Assembly: GCA_039586365.1 (NCBI GenBank)
Contig: JBDHKN010000017.1
Span: forward strand, 11,623 to 75,622
DNA length: 64,000 nucleotides
Direction: 5' to 3'
DNA from: Gemmatimonadota bacterium
GTDB taxonomy: Bacteria; Gemmatimonadota; Gemmatimonadetes; Gemmatimonadales; GWC2-71-9
How positions within the stretch are numbered: the stretch's first letter is position 1; every line of letters starts with the position of its first letter. Under the pieces are notes generated by a model, which did no database searches, was not told the DNA's origin, and saw only the letters and a program-made list of their open reading frames with translations. A program made the translations under genes and the position numbers. Positions 55,010-64,000 of the stretch are shown one piece after another.

Positions 55010-56377
55010 ATGAGCGAAACCCTAATCGTAAGTGTGTCGGGTGTGCGTGGTCTGGTTGGGAAAGATCTCACTCCCGAGTTGGTCGCAGGCTACGCTGCGG
55101 CGTTGGGAGTCTTGCTGCGAGGATCCGGGGATGAAATCGTTCTGGCTCGTGATGCTCGTACATCCGGTTCGATGTTCGCGGTGGCCGCTGCAGCAGGCCT
55201 ACAGTCGGTTGGGATGAATGTCGTTGATTGTGGCTTGATCCCAACTCCAACAGCCCAGCTCGCGGTGGAGCATCACCGTGCTGCCGGTGGCATCGTGATC
55301 ACCGCGAGTCACAACCCGGTCGAGTGGAACGCGTTGAAGTTCGTTGGACCGGATGGAATGTTCCTGCCGCAGGAGATGGCTGGACGTCTGTTCGATCTGG
55401 CGCAGTCCGGCGGCTTCGCCCGTGCAGGGTGGGACACAGTGGGCGGGATGACCACTGATGGTAATGCAGTGCAGCGGCACATTGAGGGTGTGCTGGGACT
55501 GAGCGTGTTGAATGTTGCGAAGATCCGGCAACGGGCAATTGTCGTGGCGTTGGACTGCGTGCGAGGAGCCGGTGGCACGATCATGCCAGAGCTACTGGAG
55601 AGGCTTGGTTGCCAGGCAGTCACGATGGACGTAGAGCCGGACGGTCGCTTCCCTCGCTCTCCCGAACCCGTGCCGGCGAACCTAGTGAAGCTAGGCGAAC
55701 TCGTACGCCGTAGCGGCGCTGTGATTGGGATGGCGGTGGATCCGGATGTGGATCGGCTCGCTTTGGTCGACGAGTCGGGTTCACCGATTGGCGAGGATTA
55801 CACTCTTGCCTTTGCGGTGCGCTCAGTGTTGCAGCAGCGCGCCGGGCCGGTCGTCACAAACCTATCCACATCGTTGGTAGTTGATGATGCGGCGCGGGAG
55901 TTCGGCATTCAGGTTGCGCGCGCGCCGGTGGGTGAAGCGAACGTGGCCGCGGCAATGAAGAGTGGTAGAGCTGTGATTGGAGGTGAGGGAAATGGCGGTG
56001 TGATGTTCCCAGCCTTGCATATCGGACGTGACGCTCCACTGGCGGCCGCCTTGGTTCTGGATCTCATGGCTCGCACGGGCCTGACGGTGAGCGAGTTGGT
56101 GGCCGCGCAACCGAAATACGTCATCGTCAAAGCCAAGGGGCCGCGGAACAGAGATCTCGAACCTGTCTATGGAGACTTGGAGGATGCATTCCCAGATGCA
56201 ACGGTGGATCGTCAGGACGGCTTGCGGTTGGCTTGGCCCGACCGCTGGTTGCACGTGCGGCCTTCCGGGACCGAGCCGATTGTGAGGTTCATTGCGGAGG
56301 CTCGTACGGAGGCTGCCGCGCAGCAGCTGATCGATGCGGTCAGGGTGAGACTTGCGACGCCGGGGCAATCCGGGTGA
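55010..56377 (+). CDS. phosphohexomutase (phosphoglucosamine mutase / phosphomannomutase family)
   Basis: GIVITASHNPVEWNALKF (phosphoserine loop), AVDPDVDRL (metal loop), GGEGNGG (sugar loop), RPSGTEP (phosphate loop). Confidence 0.88.
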   Translation: MSETLIVSVSGVRGLVGKDLTPELVAGYAAALGVLLRGSGDEIVLARDARTSGSMFAVAAAAGLQSVGMNVVDCGLIPTPTAQLAVEHHRAAGGIVITASHNPVEWNALKFVGPDGMFLPQEMAGRLFDLAQSGGFARAGWDTVGGMTTDGNAVQRHIEGVLGLSVLNVAKIRQRAIVVALDCVRGAGGTIMPELLERLGCQAVTMDVEPDGRFPRSPEPVPANLVKLGELVRRSGAVIGMAVDPDVDRLALVDESGSPIGEDYTLAFAVRSVLQQRAGPVVTNLSTSLVVDDAAREFGIQVARAPVGEANVAAAMKSGRAVIGGEGNGGVMFPALHIGRDAPLAAALVLDLMARTGLTVSELVAAQPKYVIVKAKGPRNRDLEPVYGDLEDAFPDATVDRQDGLRLAWPDRWLHVRPSGTEPIVRFIAEARTEAAAQQLIDAVRVRLATPGQSG

Positions 56378-56811
56378 AGGTGGTCCTGCAGCGTGTCTCC
56401 CGCGCGAGCGTACGAGTTGGGCGGCGGGTGGTTGCTGCGATAGACCACGGTTTCCTGGTGCTGGTAGGATACGCGAGCGAGGATACGGAGCTGCAGCTCC
56501 AGTGGATGGCTGACAAGATCGTGGGACTCAGATTGTTCGCCGATGATGAGGGGAAGATGAATCGCGATATCAGGGAAGTTGGAGGAGCGATCTTGGTCGT
56601 ATCGCAGTTCACCTTGTACGCGGATGCGCGTAAGGGTCGCAGGCCTTCATTCATCGGAGCAGCTCTACCAGAGCAAGCCATGGTGAAGTACCAGCAGTTT
56701 GTGCAGGAATTGGTTGCACGCGGAGTCCATGTGGCGACTGGTGAGTTCGGAGCTATGATGGATGTGGAACTCGTCAATGACGGCCCGGTGACACTGATCC
56801 TCGAACGATGA
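56374..56811 (+). CDS. dtd: D-aminoacyl-tRNA deacylase
   Basis: GTG 56374 (overlapping the upstream TGA) gives (M)KVVLQRVSRASV..., with VSQFTLYADARKGRRPSF and the C-terminal NDGPVT. Confidence 0.9.
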   Translation: MKVVLQRVSRASVRVGRRVVAAIDHGFLVLVGYASEDTELQLQWMADKIVGLRLFADDEGKMNRDIREVGGAILVVSQFTLYADARKGRRPSFIGAALPEQAMVKYQQFVQELVARGVHVATGEFGAMMDVELVNDGPVTLILER

Positions 56812-57380
56812 TAATCCTAGCTTCCCGCTCGCCGCGTCGTCGCCAGCTGTTGGACATGCTGGGGATCGAGCATATCGTGGACCCGGCGGAGATAGACGAA
56901 AGCGTGCGGTCAGGTGAGACTCCAGAGGATGCGGCGCTACGCCTCGCCAGTGAGAAAGCCTGTCTCGTTGCTCGGCGTCACCCCGGGGAGCATGTGCTGG
57001 CAGCCGATACCGTCGTCGTTCTGGACCGGCAGATACTAGGCAAGCCGAGCGCACCCGAAGAAGCGCACCAGATGATAGCTCGACTAGCCGGACGGCAGCA
57101 CTTGGTGATTACGGCTGTTGCCTTGGTCAAGGACGCCGCAATTCTACGGCATCATGATGTTACACGAGTGTGGTTCAGGACGCTGGATGAGGAGTTGATC
57201 AACGCGTACGTCGCAACCGGAGAGCCACTGGACAAGGCCGGCAGCTACGGCGTCCAGGGGTATGGTGCAGTACTGGTGGAGAGAATCGAAGGGGACTTCT
57301 TCAGTGTGATGGGCCTACCGCTGCGACTCGTGATAGACCTATTGGAGTCTGCCGGAATACGCTACCGTTTCACCCGGTAG
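56808..57380 (+). CDS. maf: Maf-family nucleoside triphosphate pyrophosphatase
   Basis: IILASRSPRRRQLL..., DTVVVLD..ILGKP, and KAGSYGVQG. The ATGA overlaps the dtd stop. Confidence 0.9.
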   Translation: MIILASRSPRRRQLLDMLGIEHIVDPAEIDESVRSGETPEDAALRLASEKACLVARRHPGEHVLAADTVVVLDRQILGKPSAPEEAHQMIARLAGRQHLVITAVALVKDAAILRHHDVTRVWFRTLDEELINAYVATGEPLDKAGSYGVQGYGAVLVERIEGDFFSVMGLPLRLVIDLLESAGIRYRFTR

Positions 57381-58990
57381 ACTTGCACCTCTTGTGCCTT
57401 GCCCTTGAGCTCGACCGCCTCCAGTTCCTCGACAGCCGGTGGGTGCTTGAGTTCGTCGTAGAATCGCTTGGTCAGAATGATCTCACCGGGCCCCGCCTTG
57501 GAGCAGAGGCGTGCAGCGGTGTTGACTGCATCGCCGATCACAGTGTATTCCAAGCGGCGATCGCTCCCGATGTTGCCCGCAAAGACCTCGTAGAAGTCGA
57601 TGCCGATTCCAATCTCCACCCGTTGCCTACCCTGCGCAGCCCACTTCACGTTCAGCTTGGCCAGTACGCTCTGCATTTCAATGGCGGCCTGTATGGCTCG
57701 ATCGGCATCTCCGTCGCCCGATATCGGCGCACCCCACAGAGCCATTATGGCATCGCCCATGAACTTGTCGAGAGTCCCACCGTTCTCGAAGACGATCTCG
57801 ACCATTTCGGTGAAGTACTCGTTGAGCAGTGTGGCGATATCGTCGGGTCCCATCCGCTCCGACATCGGTGTGAAGCCACGAATATCACTGAAGAAGACAA
57901 CGACTGGTTTTCGGGTGCCGCCAAGCTGAACGGCTCCTTCCTGGGAGGCGATCTGTTCCGCCAGGTTTGGTGCGAAATAGCGTTGGAAGTTGGACAGCAC
58001 TACCGCCTCACGCTGAATCTGATCGAGCAACTGGCCGTTCTCGATTGCGACGGCAGCAATTCCGGAAAACGCGATTAGAAACTCGAGGTCCTCGTCATTG
58101 AAGGCCTCGGTCGCTGTCTGACTGTCGACATAGATGAGGCCGAGAACCCTGCCATCACCACCCTTCTGATTCCGACTGCCCAGCAGTGGAACGCACATGG
58201 CGCTGCGCACACCCTGCATGACGATTGACTTGCCGTGGAAACGGTCGTCGGCAGCCGCATTGTCAGTCAGGATTGCCAGCCGCTCACTCACCGCGCGGCG
58301 CGCGATCGAATGGGGCACGTGTCGGCTTCCTCCACTGTCGCCGAGTCGGTTCTTGGATATCCGGGGTATGAGTTCTTCCTTCACACCTTCCACCATCAGT
58401 ATGGACACGCGGTCGACGTTCATCACTTGGAAGGTGATGTCCACCACCTTCTCGAGTAGCTTGTCCACGTCCTGATGGCGCGACAGTGCTTGGGATATGT
58501 CCAACAACAGCGTGAGCTTGCGGGCTTGGCGCTCCTCCTCCGATTCGCCTTCCACCTTCAACTGCGATCCGCCACTTGGTCGGAGACGGACCTTTTCCTC
58601 AATGTTGCCGGTGTCGGGAACCTCGACCTGGCGGACGATGGTAGCCTCTGGTGGTGGCGCGGCGAAAGCACCTGAGTCGGGCGTGGGAGGCGCCGCCGGT
58701 GGAGCGATCTCCTCAACCTTGAATGCCACCCTCCCAAACGTGACGACGTCGCCATCGAGAGCCACACTCTCGGTCACCTGAGTGCCGTTCACGAAAGTTC
58801 CGTTGCTGGAACCGAGGTCTTTGACCTTCACGCCGTTATCTGCGAGTGACAATTCGGCGTGCTGTCGTGAGACGGTGGGGTCGTAGATCGGTAGGTCACT
58901 AGTTACGGCACGACCTACGATCATCGACCGACTGCGGGTGAGGTCGATGCTCTTGTCGCTTGTAGTGCTCTGCAGTTTGAAGGATCTCAA
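57362..58990 (-). CDS. FHA - GAF - class III adenylate/guanylate cyclase
   Basis: FHA: IVGRAVTSDLPIYDPTVSRQHAEL...GSSNGTFVNG. A GAF-like middle. Cyclase: VVVFFSDIRGFTPMSERM, GDAIMALWGAP, YTVIGDAVNTAARL. TTG 58990 is proposed as the start because the ORF-track start 59338 overlaps trpE. Confidence 0.8.
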   Translation of the reverse strand: MRSFKLQSTTSDKSIDLTRSRSMIVGRAVTSDLPIYDPTVSRQHAELSLADNGVKVKDLGSSNGTFVNGTQVTESVALDGDVVTFGRVAFKVEEIAPPAAPPTPDSGAFAAPPPEATIVRQVEVPDTGNIEEKVRLRPSGGSQLKVEGESEEERQARKLTLLLDISQALSRHQDVDKLLEKVVDITFQVMNVDRVSILMVEGVKEELIPRISKNRLGDSGGSRHVPHSIARRAVSERLAILTDNAAADDRFHGKSIVMQGVRSAMCVPLLGSRNQKGGDGRVLGLIYVDSQTATEAFNDEDLEFLIAFSGIAAVAIENGQLLDQIQREAVVLSNFQRYFAPNLAEQIASQEGAVQLGGTRKPVVVFFSDIRGFTPMSERMGPDDIATLLNEYFTEMVEIVFENGGTLDKFMGDAIMALWGAPISGDGDADRAIQAAIEMQSVLAKLNVKWAAQGRQRVEIGIGIDFYEVFAGNIGSDRRLEYTVIGDAVNTAARLCSKAGPGEIILTKRFYDELKHPPAVEELEAVELKGKAQEVQVYRVKR

Positions 58991-59040
58991 GTCACATGCC
59001 CTCAGATCGGCTGGAATATATGCCGTGTCGGATAGCTTCG

Positions 59041-60534
59041 CTAAGACCTCGCGGCGAGAGCAAGAGCCCGAAGCACGGCACCCGCCTTGTTCTCCGTCTC
59101 CTCGAATTCCCGCGCGGGCACGCTGTCGGCAACGATACCCGCACCCGCCTGTACATGTGCCTTGCTTCCGGTGAGAATGGCTGTGCGAATCGCAATGGCA
59201 GTGTCGAGATTGATGCCTCCCCAACCCAGGTAGCATACAGCACCTGCGTAGGGTCCGCGGCGGGTTGGTTCCAAGCTGTCGAGAATCTCCATGGCGCGGA
59301 CCTTGGGCGCTCCCGTGACGGTCCCAGCCGGAAAGCACGCTTTCAGCGCTGCGACGGCATCGAATTCCGGTCTCAGTCGTCCTCGCACCTCGCTCACGAT
59401 GTGTTGCACCTGGGAGTATCGCTCGATCACTCGATCTTCTGTCACATGAACAGAGCCGTACTCAGCAACCCGGCCTACGTCGTTGCGACCCAAATCGACG
59501 AGCATGGCGTGTTCGGCCAATTCTTTTTCGTCTGCGAGCAGTTCCATTGACAAGCGGGCGTCTTCCTGCTGCGCCGAACCGCGGGGCCGCGTACCGGCTA
59601 TGGGGCGCACCGTGATCTCTCCGTCTTCGATCCGAACCAGAACCTCCGGAGAACTTCCAGCGATCGCGATGTCGTCCAACTGTAGGAAATACAGGTACGG
59701 TGCTGGGTTCAGCGCCCGCAAGGCTCGGTACACCGTGAGGGGATCCGCGGTGACGGTGACATCCTGACGCCGCGAGAGGACAGCTTGAAAGACATCGCCG
59801 GCCGCTATGTACTCCTGGATGCGGGTCACGTCCCGCTCGAAATCCTCCCGCGAATACGGGCTGTCCGTCTGTAAAGACGCTGTCGGGTCTAGCGACAGGG
59901 GCGCCAATTTGGGCGGTTGGGTCAGTCTGCCTAGTAGGACGTCGATACGCTCGAGTGCAAACTCGTAGTGTCGCCTGAGTTCGGCGTCGGTTGGGTTGGC
60001 TGGCACATTCGTGGTTGCCAGCAGGAGCGCCCGCCCGAAAGTGTTATCGATTATTACCAGAGTATCCGCCACCATGAAGACGGCGTCCGGCAACCCCAGG
60101 TCGTCCGCAGGTCCATCTGGCAAGGACTCCATCGTGCGGACGAAGTCGTAGCCGAGATACCCGACTGCTCCGCCAGTGAAGCGTGGGAGGCCAGGCATCT
60201 CAACTGTACGGTACGAGCGGAGCTGCAGTGCGATGTGCGCCAACGGATCGCTGCATGTCTCAGCGGGTTCCCAACCTGCCGACGGTTTCCAGTGGGCTAC
60301 TTTACCACGCCGATAGCGCCACGCTTCTCTAGGTTCCGTACCGAGAAAGGTGTAGCGAGCCCAGCGCTCTCCTCCAACCAAAGACTCCAGCAGGAAACCA
60401 AAGGGGGGGCGAGCGATGGCAGCGTATGCCATGACTGGAGTGAGCGTGTCGACCGCGAATTCGCGGACTACGGGTACTAATCCTCCGGGCCGTGCCAACT
60501 TCTGGTAATTCTCGAATGTCGCAGGTACGATCAT
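59041..60534 (-). CDS. trpE: anthranilate synthase component I
   Basis: 497 aa. SPEVLVR, IAGTRPRG, LLADEKELAEHAMLVDLGRNDVGRV, GTVTGAPKVRAMEI, and GAGIVADS. Confidence 0.93.
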   Translation of the reverse strand: MIVPATFENYQKLARPGGLVPVVREFAVDTLTPVMAYAAIARPPFGFLLESLVGGERWARYTFLGTEPREAWRYRRGKVAHWKPSAGWEPAETCSDPLAHIALQLRSYRTVEMPGLPRFTGGAVGYLGYDFVRTMESLPDGPADDLGLPDAVFMVADTLVIIDNTFGRALLLATTNVPANPTDAELRRHYEFALERIDVLLGRLTQPPKLAPLSLDPTASLQTDSPYSREDFERDVTRIQEYIAAGDVFQAVLSRRQDVTVTADPLTVYRALRALNPAPYLYFLQLDDIAIAGSSPEVLVRIEDGEITVRPIAGTRPRGSAQQEDARLSMELLADEKELAEHAMLVDLGRNDVGRVAEYGSVHVTEDRVIERYSQVQHIVSEVRGRLRPEFDAVAALKACFPAGTVTGAPKVRAMEILDSLEPTRRGPYAGAVCYLGWGGINLDTAIAIRTAILTGSKAHVQAGAGIVADSVPAREFEETENKAGAVLRALALAARS

Positions 60535-61118
60535 CTAGGAGCTGCGAGGAGGTATTCGCCACTGGACTGGAGTGCGGCCGCCACCGCGTCGTTTCCGGCC
60601 GGGCCGGAAGCAGGAGCGATGCTCCACTGGTCGATGGTGATTTCGAACCAGATGTCCAGCGCCGCAACATAGTCGTTGGCACTGGCGTAGCTCGAGGAAA
60701 CCTCCCCTACGGACGCATCCCCGTATATGCCGAAAAAGAAGGTTGCCGTGGGAGAGCGGCTTTCGTCGAACAACAAGTTGGCTGGACTGAGGATGAATCC
60801 GTATTCCCCCGCCCGCGGTTGGACCGTCACCCGAACCGAGTCGTTGTCGGATAGAGGTTGTCCGTTGAGACTGACAAGTGCCTGTGCCGGGAAGCTCAGC
60901 TCGAGGTAGGGGATGTTGAATCCGCCCGCGTGCACCAGCTGCCGCGCAGTCAGCCGGGAGTTGTATACCCAGAAGCTAACTAGGTCAACCGGTGGAGCGG
61001 CTGCCTGCTGTGGTAGGATCAGCAATTCTGCGGTCGTCAGCAGTTCGTCTTGCGGCTGCGTCAGGTCGGAACACGCTGTAGCGAACAACAGCAGTACGGT
61101 GCTTGCCGCCAGCGCCAC
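60531..61118 (-). CDS. hypothetical lipoprotein, translationally coupled to trpE
   Basis: Lipobox LLLFATAC-SD, and a beta-rich non-repetitive mature part. Its stop overlaps the trpE start (ATGA). Start very uncertain (GTG 61118, while the ORF is open to 61343). Confidence 0.4.
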   Translation of the reverse strand: MALAASTVLLLFATACSDLTQPQDELLTTAELLILPQQAAAPPVDLVSFWVYNSRLTARQLVHAGGFNIPYLELSFPAQALVSLNGQPLSDNDSVRVTVQPRAGEYGFILSPANLLFDESRSPTATFFFGIYGDASVGEVSSSYASANDYVAALDIWFEITIDQWSIAPASGPAGNDAVAAALQSSGEYLLAAPR

Positions 61119-61139
61119 ACGCCGAGATATTGCGCGACG

Positions 61140-63185
61140 ATGATCGCACAGCGAGTTGTCATCGCAGCGGCCGTTCTGGGGCTCCTTACCGTCCCTGCAC
61201 GAATCACCGCTCAAGACTGGAACAGTCCGGCCGTCCTGGCGCTCGTGAACCGATCCATCGAGAGGCGCGCCGCGGCGCGGTCTGACAGCGGGCTTAGAGA
61301 TTACCGCGCTCGGGCCCATGGTTTTGTCTTCTTCTTGGGTCAACTAGGTGAACTCTCAGAACCACCACGCTTGATCAAGTCGGACCAACTAGAACTGGAA
61401 GTTTACTGGAAGGCGCCGGGGAGTAGCAAGCAGCGGATCATCGGTTGGCGTGACCGAGCGGACCTACCCACCGACATCCGCTATCATCGAGACCATTTGG
61501 GGATCGTGACGAACAACTTCAGTGACCGGATTGGCTTGGGCCACGAAGAAGAGGTTCGCAATGTGCCGCACCCGCTCTCGCCGCAGGGAGCACAGCTGTA
61601 CGATTTTGCGTTGGCAGACTCCCTGACGATACGCTTGCCCCAACGTGCCGTTCGCGTGTACAGCGTACGGGTTAGGCCCAAGAACGTGGAGGCGATCGGG
61701 GTCATTGGGACGCTCTACATCGACGTGGCCGAGGCGGAGTTGGTTCAGATGCGCTTCAACTTCACGCGCAATTCGTACGTCGATGACACGCTGGAAGACA
61801 TCACGATTCTGCTGGAGAACAGCCTTTGGGAGGGGCGTTACTGGCTGCCGCGGCGTCAGGAGCTAGAGATCCGGAGGCGTACATCCTGGTTCGATCTGCC
61901 CGCACGGGGGATCATCCGGGGCCGCTGGGAGATAGACAGCTACGAGTTCAACCTCGACGCGTCGGACGCGACTTTCCTCGGCCCCGAGATCGTGGCAGCA
62001 CCGAGGGCCGAACGCGACAGCTTCCCGTGGCAAGAAACGCTCGACGCAGAGGTACGTGCCGTCAGCGACCCGCAGCTCACGCTGGACCTGGCCGCGATCC
62101 GTTCGGAAGTAAAACGACTGGCCGACGATCACGTACTTACCGGGTTGGCGACGGCCAAACTCGGTGCGAGGAATATCTCCGATCTGATGCGGTTCAACGG
62201 GGTCGAAGGACTCGCACTCGGGTTCGGTGGGATTGTAAGGCCCTTGGGTGGCGCAGCTGAGATCGCTGCTTGGGTGTCGTACGGCACCAGCGACAAGGAG
62301 TTGAAAGGGCGACTTGAATTGCGGCGTCGGTTGGGCCGATTCACGGTGGGCGTTGACCTGATCAGACAGCTGGAGGACATCGCCGAAGAGCCGGCGATCT
62401 CGCCCGCTCTGAACTCGATCCTGGCCCAGGAACTGGCCCAGGACTACGGTGATTATCACCTTGCGGAAGCAACCATGGTAGTCGTGGAGTATGAGCTGGG
62501 ACCCCGCACGACCTTCAGTTGGTCGTTGGGCGCGGAACGTTCGACTTCCGTAATGGCAGCAGCGGTGCCTGCTCGGGGCACGTTCGATCCCAATCCAGAG
62601 CTGGGTGCGGGCTCGTTTGGGATAGCTAGGGTCTCGTTGCAGCGGCGCAGTGGGGGGATCGCGTCGGGCAGGGGAATCGGGGCAGGTGCTTCAGTAGAGG
62701 CTGGGGTTGGTGAGGGGCAGCAGTTCCTGCGGGTAAGAGGTGATGGCAGGATGCGAGTGCCAGTGGGCAGTACCAATCTGGCCGCCCGGGTCTGGGCGGG
62801 TTGGGGTTCAGCCGACCTGCCGCTGAACCGCAGCTTTCTGTTGGGTGGGAGGGGAGATTTGGTGAGTGAGCCATTCCGCGCCTGGGGTGGCCGTCGTGGG
62901 GCGTTTGGTTCGCTCGAGTGGCGGGTGCCGGTTCCTTTCGTGTCGGTGCCGCTAGGGGCCGTTGTCTCGACGGGTGATCGGATCTTCCTGGCGCCATTCA
63001 TAGCAGCCGGTGCGATCGGGGGAGACAGGGGCCCGTGGCTGGCAAGTGATGGTGTGAGAGCCGTGGCTGGTCTGGGTGTCGAGTGGTTTCACAGCTTGTT
63101 TCGAGTGGACCTTGCTGTCAGCTTGCGAGATCCGCAGTTCGGGGTGGTCGCGGACATAAACCGGGGCCTGTGGGGTATCCTGTAA
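61140..63185 (+). CDS. Omp85/surface-antigen-family outer-membrane beta-barrel protein (tentative)
   Basis: ATG 61140 gives the signal peptide MIAQRVVIAAAVLGLLTVPARITAQ. The C-terminal third resembles Omp85 barrels (LLGGRGDL...SLEWRVPV...GLGVEWFHSLFRVDLAVS). No POTRA call made. Confidence 0.5.
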   Translation: MIAQRVVIAAAVLGLLTVPARITAQDWNSPAVLALVNRSIERRAAARSDSGLRDYRARAHGFVFFLGQLGELSEPPRLIKSDQLELEVYWKAPGSSKQRIIGWRDRADLPTDIRYHRDHLGIVTNNFSDRIGLGHEEEVRNVPHPLSPQGAQLYDFALADSLTIRLPQRAVRVYSVRVRPKNVEAIGVIGTLYIDVAEAELVQMRFNFTRNSYVDDTLEDITILLENSLWEGRYWLPRRQELEIRRRTSWFDLPARGIIRGRWEIDSYEFNLDASDATFLGPEIVAAPRAERDSFPWQETLDAEVRAVSDPQLTLDLAAIRSEVKRLADDHVLTGLATAKLGARNISDLMRFNGVEGLALGFGGIVRPLGGAAEIAAWVSYGTSDKELKGRLELRRRLGRFTVGVDLIRQLEDIAEEPAISPALNSILAQELAQDYGDYHLAEATMVVVEYELGPRTTFSWSLGAERSTSVMAAAVPARGTFDPNPELGAGSFGIARVSLQRRSGGIASGRGIGAGASVEAGVGEGQQFLRVRGDGRMRVPVGSTNLAARVWAGWGSADLPLNRSFLLGGRGDLVSEPFRAWGGRRGAFGSLEWRVPVPFVSVPLGAVVSTGDRIFLAPFIAAGAIGGDRGPWLASDGVRAVAGLGVEWFHSLFRVDLAVSLRDPQFGVVADINRGLWGIL

Positions 63186-63275
63186 GGGTAGCCCAGCCAG
63201 CGAGGATTATGAGGTCGCGGGGCACTCGGCCTGCTGGCGTGGCAGGGAGGCGAACCCTATCTTATTAGTTCATAG

Positions 63276-64000
63276 TTGGTTAGTGAGCGTTCGGACGCTG
63301 GAGGTGGTGCCGTAAAGCAGTTCAAGGATGAGTGGCTCAGTACTACACTGGAGGAGATCACCGGAGCCGAAAGGCTGGCGGAACTCCGAGCCAGTGAAGC
63401 AGCCAGCGAATCCCTGTGGGAGACCGCGGTGGCGGCGGGAGCGGCCACTGATGAGGATCTCCTCAGTGGGTTGTCTCGCCGATTCCGCCTCAAGCTAGGG
63501 GATGTATCGCAGAGCGATCGCTTGGCGCGGGAGACCGTGCCCGAGCAGGTAGCCAGGCAGTATCATATCCTCCCACTGCGCATCACTGATTCCTATCTGG
63601 AAATCGCCTCCTCAAACCCGTTCGACCTGGATTGTGAGAAGACCCTAGCATTCGCCACAGGACGAGAGGTGAGGGTCGTACTCGCCAGCCCCTCAAAGAT
63701 TGAGGAAAAGATTGAGGAGCTGTATCGACCGGAAAACGTGCTCGAGCAGCTACTCGATGGGATGGGCGCGGGGGAGATGGATTTCGAGCAGATCGACGAC
63801 GCGGCCGATCTCACCGATGAGCTCCAGATCTCTGCAGAGGAAGCTTCGCAGCGGCCTGTGGTGCGGCTAGTCGATCTGATCTTCTCCGAAGGCATACTCG
63901 CGCGGGCAAGCGACATCCATATCGAGCCCGAGGAAGGCGGCATCGCTGTTCGGTACCGCATCGATGGCGTGCTGCGGGAACACATGAAGATCCCGCGGGC
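63276..64000 (+). CDS. GspE/PilB-family secretion ATPase, N-terminal part (runs off the window)
   Basis: The frame is open from TTG 63276 to the window end. T2SSE_N-like YHILPLRITDSYLEIASSNPFDLDCEKTLAFATGREVRVVLASP, then ...RPVVRLVDLIFSEGILARASDIHIEPEEGGIAVRYRIDGVL. Confidence 0.85.
   Translation, partial: MVSERSDAGGGAVKQFKDEWLSTTLEEITGAERLAELRASEAASESLWETAVAAGAATDEDLLSGLSRRFRLKLGDVSQSDRLARETVPEQVARQYHILPLRITDSYLEIASSNPFDLDCEKTLAFATGREVRVVLASPSKIEEKIEELYRPENVLEQLLDGMGAGEMDFEQIDDAADLTDELQISAEEASQRPVVRLVDLIFSEGILARASDIHIEPEEGGIAVRYRIDGVLREHMKIPR

Noticed and set aside
59041-59338. His/Cys-rich N-terminal extension (HCHCDSHSHSH...) of the 658-aa ORF, which could be mistaken for a metal-binding domain.
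   Set aside because: It lies entirely within the strongly supported trpE coding region, in another frame, and has junk-like composition. The cyclase more plausibly starts at 58990.
1-64000. I looked for CRISPR repeats, IS/transposase/integrase genes, prophage blocks, tRNA T-arm-like GGTTCGA(A/T)TCC contexts and rRNA.
   Set aside because: None was recognised by eye. TTCGA-containing sites (for example 42988 and 26572) lack flanking complementary stems. This negative result should be confirmed with tRNAscan-SE, Infernal and ISEScan.

Overview
Gene-dense, GC-rich (about 60% by eye, not computed) bacterial chromosomal segment. It starts at an AAGCTT site, which is probably a clone end. I support about 60 protein-coding genes on both strands, many abutting or overlapping by 1-30 nt. 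The host is diderm: Omp85-type barrel, many lipoproteins, a GspE/PilB ATPase. A Gemmatimonadota-like lineage is only a guess. Content is mostly housekeeping:
- DNA repair: ligA-polX, fpg, a half-UvrC, an SprT-like protease.
- Electron transfer: etfBA plus ETF-QO, gcdH.
- Sodium-coupled functions: oadGAB next to a BirA-like ligase, malic enzyme, SSS, AGCS and CaCA carriers.
- Cofactor and biosynthesis genes: queD-mobA-moeA, guaB, purD, trpE, ubiE.
- Signalling: an ECF sigma operon and an FHA-GAF-cyclase.

I found no rRNA, tRNA, CRISPR array, transposase or integrase by eye. The most unusual items are:
- a Cys-Cys-terminated mini-protein paired with an orphan ArsA/Get3-like ATPase at the left edge;
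- a roughly 670-nt unexplained stretch after ubiE, made of an open-frame tail, an AT-rich palindromic island and a GC-rich structured gap;
- a four-gene ECF sigma / membrane protein / toastrack-like module;
- an ETF-QO that lacks one canonical Fe-S cysteine;
- a UvrC N-terminal-half gene next to fpg;
- a stranded response-regulator fragment.

All family calls come from motifs read in the translations and from memory. Nothing was searched.
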